IMG/VR virus record: IMGVR_UViG_3300029913_001576
Strand: one strand, 5' to 3'
Length of the DNA stretch: 64,000 bases
Source of the DNA: an uncultured virus (IMG/VR IMGVR_UViG_3300029913_001576)
Lineage: Duplodnaviria; Heunggongvirae; Uroviricota; Caudoviricetes
How positions within the stretch are numbered: position 1 is the first letter of the stretch; each line of letters begins with the position of its first letter. The translations under genes and the position numbers were made by a program. Positions 20,071 to 30,114 of this stretch are shown here, one piece after another. Below the pieces are notes generated by a model. It worked only from the letters and a program-made list of their open reading frames with translations. It was not told the DNA's origin and did no database searches.

Positions 20071-20571
20071 TTAGTTGTAGGTCTTAAGGATTCGGACCGC
20101 CTCGTTAGCGTCCTTCTCCGTGAGGCCGGTGGCGGGATCGACGTAGACGACTCGCGGGAAACCGGGGCCAGCCCCGTAGGCGACATAAGCGTCATCGAGG
20201 GTCACGTGGCTTCGGACTGCCGCATGCCTCGTGAGCCACGCCCTGATCTCATCGCCCTTCTTCGGGGCCGGGGCGTTCTGCTGCGGTTCGATAGCAGGCG
20301 TGGTACCTACGATGGCAGTCCTGGGGACGCCGAACTTGCTGAGGAACGTCCCAAGGCGGGTCAGGGTGCGGGGGTTGAAGCAATCCTCTGAAGTAACGAT
20401 GACGGCGAGGCTCGGGACGGAATCGACAATTCGCTTCAGTGCGTACCCGCAGGACTGCGGGATGTTGAACTCGTCAGAGGTAGCGTCAGGGCCTATGGCA
20501 ACCGTGCCGGCGAGGTCGAGAAAGAGGACGGGACCTGAGCCAACGTACCGGGAAGCGGCTTCTGCATTCAT
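20071..20571 (-). CDS. HAD-superfamily protein (RNA-repair 'Swiss Army knife'-like)
   Basis: VLFLDLAGT, VIVTS, KGDEIRAWL, TLDD. Confidence 0.75.
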   Translation of the reverse strand: MNAEAASRYVGSGPVLFLDLAGTVAIGPDATSDEFNIPQSCGYALKRIVDSVPSLAVIVTSEDCFNPRTLTRLGTFLSKFGVPRTAIVGTTPAIEPQQNAPAPKKGDEIRAWLTRHAAVRSHVTLDDAYVAYGAGPGFPRVVYVDPATGLTEKDANEAVRILKTYN

Positions 20572-20591
20572 GATACAAGAATGGCGACCAC

Positions 20592-21248
20592 TTAAGCGGC
20601 CATCGGCGCGAGTCGAACAACGTCACTCCACTCGTTTTGTCGTACAACCTGATCGAGGGATGCCTGAAACCTCCTACACCCCGAATGCGTAAGGGCAATT
20701 TCGGCCTCCGAGCGCGCCGGTCCGCTCCAGCTGCCGTCAGGTCGAAGGTGCTTGTAGCAGCAGGGCCAGACAAAGGCGTCAAGGCCCTCGGGCAAGTGCT
20801 GCCATGCCGACGCAAGGTCGTCGTCCGCAATGGCGTTTGCGTCAAAACCGCGAGCCTCAAACCACGCCTCGACCTCGGCGCGCGTGTCCTCGTCCGGATC
20901 GCCGGTGGCGGTGCCAATCACGAAGCTCGCATGGATGGCCCCAAGAAAGAGGCAAGTCGGTAGCGGAACGCTATTGGCCGCAAGCCCGCTGTCCCCAGAC
21001 TCTTCGCTAAACAGGCGGAGGACATTGTCATTGGGAGAAACGCAAAACCAGTCGCCTCCGAGGATGGAGTGCGTCTGAGGTTCAATGCCGCAAGAAAGCA
21101 TGCCGTCGATCTCGGCGCTGGGCGTTCCGTGGTAGAGGTCAAGGGTCAATGCCCCTAAAAGGGGCCGGTCCAGCCTATAGGGCAGGAAGTCCAGGATGGC
21201 GCGGTCAAGCCCGGTTGCCGACTGCACCGCATTGAAGAAAGCGTCCAC
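20592..21248 (-). CDS. ADP-ribosyltransferase-fold protein
   Basis: LYHGT...GIEP...FCVS...EAEI. Confidence 0.55.
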   Translation of the reverse strand: MDAFFNAVQSATGLDRAILDFLPYRLDRPLLGALTLDLYHGTPSAEIDGMLSCGIEPQTHSILGGDWFCVSPNDNVLRLFSEESGDSGLAANSVPLPTCLFLGAIHASFVIGTATGDPDEDTRAEVEAWFEARGFDANAIADDDLASAWQHLPEGLDAFVWPCCYKHLRPDGSWSGPARSEAEIALTHSGCRRFQASLDQVVRQNEWSDVVRLAPMAA

Positions 21249-21272
21249 GGTCCAAGATGGACCTCGGCAAAC

Positions 21273-22382
21273 CTACCTGCCGTCGATGGCGGCTTGAAGA
21301 CGGGTCCAGAACTCCGGAACGAATTCCGGGGGAATGGGCTCGTACCCTTTGGCGCGCTTCTCGCTCAACTTCCCGTAGCCGGAACCGTCCGCCGCCATGG
21401 ACTGGAACCTGCCGGAAGAGAAGCGACCCCAGACAAAGACGCTCCGGCCATTGAGCCGGGCGTAGGCGTAGACCTTGTTCGAGGTGCCTTCAATCTTGTG
21501 GAGCACCTCGACCCGTTGGACACCCGCCGGCTGGACTCCGGGGGCAACGAAAGACTGGCCATAGGCTGGGAAGCCCGAACTGAGCCCTTCCGGGCCGTCG
21601 AAACGAGGTAGGGTGCGCCTCGCCAGACGGTCGCCCAATTCGCTCCACCCTGCCCTCACAAAACCAGTGTTGCCCCGGACCCTCCCGTCCGACGACAGAA
21701 GCAGCATGAGGCGACAGGAATCCGGGTACTCCCTGGCAGGCTCGCGAACCTCCACGCGGATGGTTCCTAGGTGCTCGGAGACCTCGCAAATCTCGCGCGG
21801 GGATAAACGGGACGCCACGTCCGCGATACTGGCGGAAATCTGATCCTCTCCGGGCATGCGGTCAAGGAGTGCCTTGCCTTCAAGGGTGATCGTGCAGCGG
21901 TCCGCGAGGACGATGGACTTGACGGGTTCCTCTGATGCGTACCAGTAGTCCCCATCGAGGGCGTTTTGGATCTGCTTCGAGCATTCGTCCAGAGAGGGGT
22001 AGAAATGGGAACGGCTGCCGAGGCCACTGCCCCACATGATTGGGGAAAATCCGGGGTTGGCGTTCGCGATCTTGCCGATCAAGGCCCATGCGGCGCTCGG
22101 GATTCGCTTTGCCTTCTTCCACGCCGGTGAGGGAATCTCCATGTAGGAGTCCTCGGCGCCGTCCTTGCCCTCTTTGACCAGGCGGTCATTGGGGACGTAT
22201 TCGGAGAGGAAGAATCGGGACGCTGAAGAGGAAGAGGGGACCTTGCCTGCAACGACCTCGATTGCGGTGGGGCCGCGCAGTTCGCGGACCTCAAATCGCC
22301 TGCTGGTCGCAGAGTCGGCGTACTCCCACTCGGCTACGGACGAACTGCCCTTGCTAACGGTAGACGGGATGAATGAGAGCAT
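21273..22382 (-). CDS. protein with C-terminal WGR domain
   Basis: SNKVY...VWGRF...EKRAKGY. Confidence 0.7.
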   Translation of the reverse strand: MLSFIPSTVSKGSSSVAEWEYADSATSRRFEVRELRGPTAIEVVAGKVPSSSSASRFFLSEYVPNDRLVKEGKDGAEDSYMEIPSPAWKKAKRIPSAAWALIGKIANANPGFSPIMWGSGLGSRSHFYPSLDECSKQIQNALDGDYWYASEEPVKSIVLADRCTITLEGKALLDRMPGEDQISASIADVASRLSPREICEVSEHLGTIRVEVREPAREYPDSCRLMLLLSSDGRVRGNTGFVRAGWSELGDRLARRTLPRFDGPEGLSSGFPAYGQSFVAPGVQPAGVQRVEVLHKIEGTSNKVYAYARLNGRSVFVWGRFSSGRFQSMAADGSGYGKLSEKRAKGYEPIPPEFVPEFWTRLQAAIDGR

Positions 22383-22403
22383 GGGAAGTAACCCAAGATG
22401 GGC

Positions 22404-22787
22404 CTAGGCTGCGGCCTCCAGTGCGGGTTGGGCGACCTCGACCGGGGCCGGGAGCATCGGCGTGATGTCGGCCGGGTTCAGGTAAAGGGTGCCGTACTGC
22501 CGGGTCCCGGCGTAGTGGCGGACCGCGAGAGCGAACCCGCTCGGCAACTCGGACAGTTCGAGGTTCCTGGCATCATACGGCGTGCCGTTCTGCTGCACAT
22601 TGGCGAGTGTCTTGCCGGTGGTGATCTCGACAACGACAAAGTAGTCGCGGTAGCCGCTGTCCCAGTAACTGTTCAGGGACATCGGCCCCTTGAACGGGGA
22701 GACGTGCAATTTCCGGAACTTCGTGTCGGGAAAGGCGGACCTGAACACTTGAAGCGCATGGCGGTCGGTCGTCTGGATCGTGCTCAT
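22404..22787 (-). CDS. hypothetical protein
   Basis: SYWDSGYRD motif; class-1 motif. Confidence 0.7.
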   Translation of the reverse strand: MSTIQTTDRHALQVFRSAFPDTKFRKLHVSPFKGPMSLNSYWDSGYRDYFVVVEITTGKTLANVQQNGTPYDARNLELSELPSGFALAVRHYAGTRQYGTLYLNPADITPMLPAPVEVAQPALEAAA

Positions 22788-22818
22788 AGTGCCCCAAGAT
22801 GGGCGTACGCCGGAGCGG

Positions 22819-23295
22819 TCAGGCGCGCAAAATCGTTGCAGCTTCGGCAGCCGCCGGGGAGTCGAGCCCGACAGTCGAAACGACATAGATCACTGGGCCG
22901 AGCTTCGCTCCAACCGAGCTGCTCACGTTGCTGTCGTCTATGACAACATGCCGAGTCACCTTGGGGTGTTGCGCAAGCCACGCGGCGATCTCATCGCCCC
23001 TGCGGCCATTGCGGACTGAGGGGGTCACGCCTGCGACGACTGAGCGCGGCATTCCGTACTCCCGAAGAAAACTTCCGAAGCGGGAAACCGTGCGTCTGTC
23101 GAACCGGGCGTCTGAAGTGATGACGATGGCGAGGCCGGGGACGTTCTTGAGTAGCGTGGCGAGGGCGAGAAAACAGGTGTGCGTCCCGACAAAGAATTCC
23201 TTCTCGCTGTCAGGTCCGATAGACATGGTCCCCTTGAGGTCGAGAAAGAGGATGGGGCCTGAACCTTCGTATGCCGGCTCGTCAGGGTCCATCAT
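22819..23295 (-). CDS. HAD-superfamily protein, paralog of 20071-20571
   Basis: ILFLDLKGT, RGDEIAAWL, VIDD. Confidence 0.75.
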   Translation of the reverse strand: MMDPDEPAYEGSGPILFLDLKGTMSIGPDSEKEFFVGTHTCFLALATLLKNVPGLAIVITSDARFDRRTVSRFGSFLREYGMPRSVVAGVTPSVRNGRRGDEIAAWLAQHPKVTRHVVIDDSNVSSSVGAKLGPVIYVVSTVGLDSPAAAEAATILRA

Positions 23296-23749
23296 GGGGC
23301 AAGATGGGTTGGCTCGACAGGATAACGATTTGGTCTGGGGCAAAGGCCACCCACCACACCTGGCTATCGGTACCCCCTTTGTGGAAGTCGCGGACATAGG
23401 CAATCCGCATGCCGTCGTGGCCAAGGCGCTTAATCCGACGCAAGAAGCTCTCGCATTCGCGGCGGCGGGCATCGCGGAGGAAATAGCTGAATTCTACGGC
23501 AGGCATGTCGTACGGCCGCTCGATCTGCACGCGAGCCGAGAGAATGAACGCGTCCGGACAGGTGCGCCTATAGTCGATCCACCTCCGCGCCCCGGCAACG
23601 GTTTCCGTGAAGTAGGCGCCCCACAGTGTGGTGGGATTATCGACGTTCGAGCCCAGTGTGGAGAAATCGAACCGCTCGAAGGATCGCCTGGTCCCGTGGT
23701 AAACGGGATCGGGGCAGAGTGTCGGGCAGCTACTGCTCGGCGAGTTCAC
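23282..23749 (-). CDS. ART-PolyVal-like ADP-ribosyltransferase
   Basis: VYHGT..F..F...GAYFT...A...GHDG...WVAFAPDQI; start uncertain. Confidence 0.7.
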   Translation of the reverse strand: MNSPSSSCPTLCPDPVYHGTRRSFERFDFSTLGSNVDNPTTLWGAYFTETVAGARRWIDYRRTCPDAFILSARVQIERPYDMPAVEFSYFLRDARRRECESFLRRIKRLGHDGMRIAYVRDFHKGGTDSQVWWVAFAPDQIVILSSQPILPHDGP

Positions 23750-23885
23750 TGCACCGGTTGCACAACCGCTCGTCCGAGGGAATCCCGTCTGACAGTTGCG
23801 GGAGTTCGACCGGAAGTCCGCAATTGGGGCATGGTAGCCGCTCGGTCGTGGCAAGCTGGCACCGCAGTGACGATAGGGTTGTCAT
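23730..23885 (-). CDS. small zinc-ribbon protein
   Basis: CPNC...CNRC; class-1 motif. Confidence 0.55.
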   Translation of the reverse strand: MTTLSSLRCQLATTERLPCPNCGLPVELPQLSDGIPSDERLCNRCSELAEQ

Positions 23886-23917
23886 AGGGCAAGATGGACG
23901 GTTCCGCCTGGACTCGA

Positions 23918-24643
23918 TCAAAACGCTGGCTTCACCCCGGCCTCTTTCAGGCGGGACCGGCAGTCCTGTGTCAGGAGTCGGACAGTTGCCTTCGGAGTCG
24001 TAGCGACCCGGGAAGGGTCACCGCTTACCGTGGCAGTCACCTTGCCGTCGCTCTCCCTGGTCACGACGACCCACGGGGCTTCGCCGATGGGGCTAAGGCG
24101 CCAGTATTGGGTGATGTGGTCCACGCCGATGGACCCCTCGAAGCGCTCCAGGGGAAGCGCGGCGGTGGCAAGCTGATCGACGGCGGCCATGAACTCCTCC
24201 TTGGTCGGGCCGGTCTTGCTGTTGCGGCTGGCGGAGATGATCTCGGCCAAACTCAGCCGGAGTCCAAAAGGCATCTTCAATGCGCCTGTGCTCAGCATGC
24301 CCGCCCACCGGGAACCGTAGAGATCCTTGAGCCCCTCGGCAGCCTCGATGGCGGTCGGTTGATAGCGATGATCCTCTCCCCACCTCGCCACCTGGATCGC
24401 ATTTCGTCCGGCCTGCCCGTTGCAGAGCCATGTGAAGCCGCGACCACGCACCTTCTCCCGGATCACGCTTCGAACAATCGGCGTGATCGGGCCGTTGTAG
24501 CAGACGATGGCCACCATGCGCAGTTTGTCGTCCCTGCAAAGTAGGGCTCCGCCGCGCGTCTCTGTCGGATTTGCGAGGGCGGACTTGGGGCCAAGTTCGC
24601 GGTTTACCTGGGCAACGATGCCGTTAGCGATTGAAGGGACCAT
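23918..24643 (-). CDS. hypothetical protein, paralog of 24662-25045
   Basis: shared QVNR.L...CRDD...PI.RSVIR.KV.G...NG.AGRNA. Confidence 0.7.
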   Translation of the reverse strand: MVPSIANGIVAQVNRELGPKSALANPTETRGGALLCRDDKLRMVAIVCYNGPITPIVRSVIREKVRGRGFTWLCNGQAGRNAIQVARWGEDHRYQPTAIEAAEGLKDLYGSRWAGMLSTGALKMPFGLRLSLAEIISASRNSKTGPTKEEFMAAVDQLATAALPLERFEGSIGVDHITQYWRLSPIGEAPWVVVTRESDGKVTATVSGDPSRVATTPKATVRLLTQDCRSRLKEAGVKPAF

Positions 24644-24661
24644 GTTAGTGGTAAGATGGGG

Positions 24662-25045
24662 CTATGCCGCATGCTGGCGTAGACCGCCGCCGGCCGCTGC
24701 GAACTGAGGGAAAAGGGAAGGCTGATACTCCTCGACATGCGCATGCTCAGGAAGTTGCGGGACCGTCCACGGGCACCCGCGAGCATTGGGCCAGAATTTG
24801 AGTTCTTCGGCGTTCCGACCGGCCTCGCCGTTGTCCTTGCAGGTGAAAACGAGCCCCGGGACCTTCTGTCGGATCACACTGCGGATGATCGGCCGGCCAA
24901 GTCCCCCGAAAAACACGATCATGACTTGCCTGCCCTCGTCGTCCCGGCAAATGACCAGGCTCCCATTGACCGCCTCGTAGGCAAGTCGCATGGATAGCGC
25001 GCGATTGACCTGCTGGACGATGCTGCGGGCTACAGGATGAATCAT
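24662..25045 (-). CDS. hypothetical protein, paralog of 23918-24643
   Basis: same shared motif. Confidence 0.7.
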   Translation of the reverse strand: MIHPVARSIVQQVNRALSMRLAYEAVNGSLVICRDDEGRQVMIVFFGGLGRPIIRSVIRQKVPGLVFTCKDNGEAGRNAEELKFWPNARGCPWTVPQLPEHAHVEEYQPSLFPQFAAAGGGLRQHAA

Positions 25046-25159
25046 GGTAAGTGAAGATGGTGCCGGGGAGATGGGCCGCTCTCAGGGGGCGCAGGGGGGT
25101 TAAGGCGTCCCGGAGAAGGCGTGCAGTGTCCTCTCCGACCGGCCCCCCATAGTTTTAGT

Positions 25160-25543
25160 ATGAACCACGTGGCCATTGCCGACATCCCCTCTCCTGAAAT
25201 CTTCACCCAGGATGTCCGCTCGGACGGGTCAGTCCAATGGTTGCGCAATGGCGTCCCGCACCGGTTGAACGGGCCAGCCATGATCGAGGCAGATGGGACG
25301 CTGGTTTACATGGAGTACGGGTTGGAGCATCGCCTCAATGGACCGGCTGTCGTGCGACTGGACGGAACATCGGACTATTACCTTCAGGGGAAGCGCCTCT
25401 CCCAGGATGAATTCGAAAAGGTGACGGGGGTGAAAACGGCCCATGCTTCAGAGGAGAAAGGCCCCCCGGGGGGTATCGGATCTGGCTTAAGGCCACTACC
25501 CGTTCCCGTCGAATGCGCCCAGGAACGGGTGTTGGTCCACTAG
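25160..25543 (+). CDS. HRxxGPA-repeat protein
   Basis: two HRLNGPA repeats; class-2 motif. Confidence 0.7.
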   Translation: MNHVAIADIPSPEIFTQDVRSDGSVQWLRNGVPHRLNGPAMIEADGTLVYMEYGLEHRLNGPAVVRLDGTSDYYLQGKRLSQDEFEKVTGVKTAHASEEKGPPGGIGSGLRPLPVPVECAQERVLVH

Positions 25544-25546
25544 GGG

Positions 25547-25909
25547 CTACGGCCAGAGGATGGCCGGCCGAACCAGTTTCCCCTCGTCGGTGATGCGGTA
25601 CGATTCGCCGCCAAACGCGCCCGGCTCAAGCCGGTCGCATGAGTAGGCGCAACCGATCTCCAAGTGGGACATGTTCGCGGCGCGGAGCAACCCCGCAAGC
25701 GCTGCCATGAACGGCTCGGGAAGGTATTCGGGATGTGCCGAGTATTCGGCAAAGAGGAACGCCCCTTTGCCGTAGGGCTCCACCTTGAACCCGTGGGTCT
25801 CGGCATCGTTGGCCGGCGGGGCGTTGAGGAGCGTAGCAAGCTCAGCGCACTGGGCGGGCGTGCAGGGGACGGCGGATTCCGCCGCGGACTTGGCGTATGA
25901 GTTCGACAT
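25547..25909 (-). CDS. hypothetical protein
   Basis: AYSCDRLEPGAFGG motif. Confidence 0.6.
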   Translation of the reverse strand: MSNSYAKSAAESAVPCTPAQCAELATLLNAPPANDAETHGFKVEPYGKGAFLFAEYSAHPEYLPEPFMAALAGLLRAANMSHLEIGCAYSCDRLEPGAFGGESYRITDEGKLVRPAILWP

Positions 25910-25928
25910 TGGGGTGTAGTGTGGCTGT

Positions 25929-26324
25929 TCAGATCGTGATTTCCTTGTGGTCCGGGCTGCCCCAAGGGGCGGGAGTCCAGCAGCGGCCGTTGTACGAAAT
26001 TTGGGCGATGACGATGCCGTCGGCGCGCACCTCTCCACCGGTCCAATTACCGCCCCCGAGGCCGTACTTCTCGATGAAGTCCTGGCAGACATTCGAGGCT
26101 TCCGCGAGGCTTTTCACCTCGACGATCTTCGCGCCGGCGGGAGGGACATCCTCCCAGTATCCGCCTGAGCGGATGTCGGGATTCGGCGCGTGATCGAGTT
26201 TTACGGTGAGCTTGCGCGCCGCCGGGACCTCTTTGAGGACCAGCGTGTTCTGTGCAGCGGCTTCAAGCGCCCGGGTAAGGGCGTTCGGTTGCGAGGCGGT
26301 TCCAGTGACGACGGCGATGTTCAT
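25929..26324 (-). CDS. phage/plasmid-type hypothetical protein
   Basis: GLGGGNWTGG...ISYNGR. Confidence 0.7.
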   Translation of the reverse strand: MNIAVVTGTASQPNALTRALEAAAQNTLVLKEVPAARKLTVKLDHAPNPDIRSGGYWEDVPPAGAKIVEVKSLAEASNVCQDFIEKYGLGGGNWTGGEVRADGIVIAQISYNGRCWTPAPWGSPDHKEITI

Positions 26325-26812
26325 GGGGGCGAGAGTGGATGCGATGGTAAGGCAAGATGGCGCGGCCCTGCATCGCCCCGATAGCGCACCCCATACTTGA
26401 AGAACGGCCAGACACGCACGTCGCGGAGATTCGGCCCTCGAAAAGAAGATTCATGAAAAACGCATCGTCGGGCGGTCAAACGCAACGTGGGGCAAGCACA
26501 GTGGGGAGCGCGGGGCGAACAGCCGTGCCGGAATTCCGCGGAACTGGATTGCAGGAACCGGGGCGCATCTCCCCTGGCTCCCTTCGAAACGGGATCATTT
26601 GTGTTCCTTCAGGCTCACGCTCTGGAAAAACGCACAGGTCGAAAGACCTCCTACGCCTGAGCGGATCGGGTCCGGGGCCGGAAGTTGTATGCTCCGGCCA
26701 CCGCAATCCGCGAGGGGCATCGAGTGTCGTGTGCCTGCGAGACATCGGGCGATTCGCCAACGACTAGCGGAGAGGAGCGTAAAACAGGGGTCCGCCGCCC
26801 CATAATTAGGAG

Positions 26813-27331
26813 ATGAACGCGTTCGAATTCTTTCACCCTATGGCGGTGTCACAAAGCTTGCTGGTGAGCCTTTACCTCGCCGGGGTTGTTTCCCTGGTCG
26901 TCGGGATGGTCGCCGCCTTCTGCGTGGCGAAGAGAGCTAAGCCTAGGAAGGTCTTCCTCGTCGCATTCATTCCTCTATGGGCTGCTGGCACTGCCGGGTT
27001 GAGCCTCAATGCGTGGACGGCCGGATACCGGGATGCGAGCGAGAGGAACGAGATCGCGGCGGCATGGCTCAAGGCGGACAGTTCGCATGCTCGAATCGGC
27101 CTGGTTAAGGTGGCTGTTTTGGATGGGCCGGAACTGCGGAACGAAGAATTGCCGATAGGCTTGAGGGTCGCAGTTTGCGGGTGGGCACCGGACGGCGGCA
27201 ACATTCACGAAAAGACCCTCGTGATGGAGCGGGACGAATTTCGGGAGTTCACCTCGTATCTGAAGACCATGTATCCGTCCATTTGGTCGGCGAAGCCCGA
27301 GTTGCAGAGGCCGATCACCAAATTCCTGTAG
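26813..27331 (+). CDS. membrane protein
   Basis: two TM helices; CCCCATAATTAGGAG upstream. Confidence 0.65.
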   Translation: MNAFEFFHPMAVSQSLLVSLYLAGVVSLVVGMVAAFCVAKRAKPRKVFLVAFIPLWAAGTAGLSLNAWTAGYRDASERNEIAAAWLKADSSHARIGLVKVAVLDGPELRNEELPIGLRVAVCGWAPDGGNIHEKTLVMERDEFREFTSYLKTMYPSIWSAKPELQRPITKFL

Positions 27332-27340
27332 GGCGGCCGG

Positions 27341-27859
27341 TCAGTCGGCTTGGTTGAGGGCCTCGGTCCGGAATACAACGACCTGCTTTGACGCGGGACA
27401 GCTTGGGATCACGTGCGGCACCACGTAGCCGGCCACGGCGGGCGATTTCTCGGCCATGATGGTCGAAAGGAGGGTCAGGCCCCAAAAAGAGCGCTGGAAA
27501 GCCCGCCTGGACCATTTGCAGGGGCTTCCGCAGGCCGTGGCGTAGTCGGTTAGGATCTGGCAGACCCGTCCGACGACCTTTGGATGGGTAAGGTCAATGA
27601 GGAGGCCCCCCGGGGGGAGGGTGATCTGGGCCAGACGGCGGGCACCGGCATCGCGCCCGGCGTAGTGGGCGGACATGGGCCTGTCCTGGGCGAAAAAGAA
27701 GTAGACCCCCCTGCCCGCTTCGCCGTCGGCGACGGTCAGGCCCTCGACCTTCAACTCCCAGCGACCCAGCGCGGAGCCCTGGCGAACAGCCTCGGGCGGC
27801 ACCTCGGCAAGGAACCGCTCGGCCTCGGCGTGGATTTCGGGGACAGTCTTGACGGGCAT
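27341..27859 (-). CDS. possible ART-fold protein
   Basis: GRGVYFF...HYA...QVVVF; class-1 motif. Confidence 0.55.
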   Translation of the reverse strand: MPVKTVPEIHAEAERFLAEVPPEAVRQGSALGRWELKVEGLTVADGEAGRGVYFFFAQDRPMSAHYAGRDAGARRLAQITLPPGGLLIDLTHPKVVGRVCQILTDYATACGSPCKWSRRAFQRSFWGLTLLSTIMAEKSPAVAGYVVPHVIPSCPASKQVVVFRTEALNQAD

Positions 27860-27907
27860 GTCCCAAGATGGGCGGACCCGGCCCCGTGAATAATAATCCT
27901 CGAAACC

Positions 27908-27984
27908 TGATTCAAAAAGGCGGTTTGTGACTCAACGAGTCGGAAAGGTGACTCAAAACGGCGGGGAAGTGACTTTTCAAGTCA
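27908..27984. repeat. four degenerate TGA(C/T)TCAA...GnCGG units at 20-21 bp period
   Basis: units start at 27908, 27928, 27949, 27970; the fourth is the most degenerate. Confidence 0.6.
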
Positions 27985-28259
27985 TCTGCCCGAGTTGGTC
28001 AACCGGCGGGTGTCGGAGCCTGCGGCTGAGCGAGAAGCTTGCTCTTCCATGCATTGGCTGCCCACGCGAGCGCGCGATTCTTCTCCCGCTCGGTCGAATG
28101 CATCATCTCCGAGGGTGTCGAGAACCGGAGCGCCCAATAGTCCGTGCGTTGCAGCTCGACGGTGAAGAACCCTGCGGCAGCAATCCGGATCGCCAGCGAG
28201 TACGGGCCGTGGAACGTGATGTAGAACCCATGCGGGTGACCTTCGCAGGAGAACTGCGA

Positions 28260-28460
28260 CTACGCCCCGAGGGCCGCAAGCGCCATGACGAAGAAGTTGA
28301 CCCCGGGCTCAAGCTGCTCGCCCGCCGCGTTATAGTCGGCGCGCACGAGGCGGACATGGCAGGCGGCCTTCCACGGCGTATCGGAGGACAGGATCACCTT
28401 GAATGCGTCGGCCTCTTCGGAGGACGTAAGGACGCGGACGGGACTCTTCTTGCTGGGCAT
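28260..28460 (-). CDS. small hypothetical protein
   Basis: class-1 motif. Confidence 0.55.
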   Translation of the reverse strand: MPSKKSPVRVLTSSEEADAFKVILSSDTPWKAACHVRLVRADYNAAGEQLEPGVNFFVMALAALGA

Positions 28461-28744
28461 GCCCCAAGATGGACCGACATCGGGACGGGTCGGAAACCAG
28501 CAAAGCCCCGCCCGCCTAGGGCCGGGCTCCGCCGCCCCCGCAGGCCGTCCGGCGAGGTTTCTGGGTGCCCTGGCTGACGGCTCCGAAAAAGGTCCCCCGT
28601 CTCTCCGGGAGGGGAGTTTTAAGGAGCGGGCATCAGGCGTGCTTGCGTCCAGCCTCCGTCATGTCCCGGGAGCTACCTCGGGACCGGCAGGCGGTCGCCA
28701 GCGTGAGCGGCTGCGCGCTCGGGCGTCGGTGCTGTGAGGGAGGG

Positions 28745-29203
28745 TTACTGCATCAGGGCACCTCCCATACCATCGCATATTTTGATGGAGTCGTTTCCGG
28801 ACCCGAGCGCCATCGGCGCGGGGGGTTCGGGGAAGATCCGCACGCTGCCCAGGAGCTGGAGCACGTCGTCGCGGGTCAAAAGGGGTGTCACGGGCAGGGT
28901 CTCCCGGGCCATGGCATCGGCCTCAGGCACCGTAAGGAGGTGTGCCTCTGGCTCGGAGAGCGGCATGGGCAGGTTCGGGTCAACGACGCACAGGAGGCGG
29001 TTGACCCGCAGACCCGGGGCGTCGAGGGCGCTCGCGGCGCGGTCGGCGCCGGACTGCGTCCCAAGGAAGTGGAACGTGGGTTCGTCCCGGGGTCCGGAGG
29101 CGACAAGGTGGGGGTATTCGATCCCCCGCTTGCGCAAGGCCCATGCGGTGCGCAGCCGGTAGTTCGATGCCCCGTGGAGCCGAGGGTCGAGGAAGAGGGG
29201 CAT
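28745..29203 (-). CDS. hypothetical protein
   Basis: 152-aa ORF following 29212-29469. Confidence 0.55.
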   Translation of the reverse strand: MPLFLDPRLHGASNYRLRTAWALRKRGIEYPHLVASGPRDEPTFHFLGTQSGADRAASALDAPGLRVNRLLCVVDPNLPMPLSEPEAHLLTVPEADAMARETLPVTPLLTRDDVLQLLGSVRIFPEPPAPMALGSGNDSIKICDGMGGALMQ

Positions 29204-29211
29204 GATAGGCG

Positions 29212-29469
29212 TCAGCTAAACTCCGCGGCGGCCGCCTGGGCGTCGGGTACGTGCTTCAGGATCTCGGCAACGTAAGGATCGACGGCGCCGACCGTGCCGG
29301 TGCTCTTGAGGTAGCTCTTGACGTTCCGCGGGGTGGGTTTCCTGCCGGTCTTCACGAACTCGGTCACGTCCCTGTAGAGGCACGGGCGGAGGTCGTTCAG
29401 CCGCCTGCGGGCGGCGGCACCGGCATAGCCCTGGCGGACGCGTTGATCGTAGGAGAGGAGTTTCTTCAT
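29212..29469 (-). CDS. hypothetical protein
   Basis: class-1 motif. Confidence 0.65.
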   Translation of the reverse strand: MKKLLSYDQRVRQGYAGAAARRRLNDLRPCLYRDVTEFVKTGRKPTPRNVKSYLKSTGTVGAVDPYVAEILKHVPDAQAAAAEFS

Positions 29470-29483
29470 GGCTCAAGATGGGT

Positions 29484-30101
29484 TCAGGCGCGGATCAGGA
29501 AGGAGTCCGGGAGGGCCGCGAGGGCGGCCTTCTGGTAGGACCGCAGGCCCTTCGGCCCCCGGTAGAGGCCGTGCATGGTGGCGGTCTCGGGCTGGCCCTC
29601 GATCACGCGCGGGGCTCCTACCCAGTAGCGCAGGTCAGCGTGGTGAGGGTGGTCCTGGCTCGACAGGTAGTTGAGGCCGCTGGCGACACGCTCCGCCACG
29701 TCCCGGGTGTCGTAGTTCGACATCCATCCTGCGGTGGGGGCGGTGTACCTGGCCCGTATCTGCTTCCACGAGGCTTCGGTGAGGGTTGCTCGGCCATCGG
29801 CGACCCCGTGGGCCATGAGGAAGGCGTCCAGAGCCTCCTCAAAGGTGACATCGAAGGGACCCTTGTGGATGGCATGGTCGGGGCATTCGCTGGCCTCCAC
29901 GATGCCGTCGCTGCTGTGCTGCGAGTCCCGTAGGGCGAGGAGGGACGCGTAGTCGTAGCCGAGGAGGGCCATGGTGGCGTCAAAGGCCACGTCCCGCAGG
30001 GTCTCAAGGGTCTTCTGCTTCCACCCGCTCCACTGCTGGAGGGCGACGGAGGCGATGATCCGGGGCAGGCTGGCGGCGGGCTCTGTCGAAGGGGTGTCCA
30101 T
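29484..30101 (-). CDS. hypothetical protein
   Basis: class-1 motif. Confidence 0.7.
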   Translation of the reverse strand: MDTPSTEPAASLPRIIASVALQQWSGWKQKTLETLRDVAFDATMALLGYDYASLLALRDSQHSSDGIVEASECPDHAIHKGPFDVTFEEALDAFLMAHGVADGRATLTEASWKQIRARYTAPTAGWMSNYDTRDVAERVASGLNYLSSQDHPHHADLRYWVGAPRVIEGQPETATMHGLYRGPKGLRSYQKAALAALPDSFLIRA

Positions 30102-30114
30102 GGACCAAGATGGC

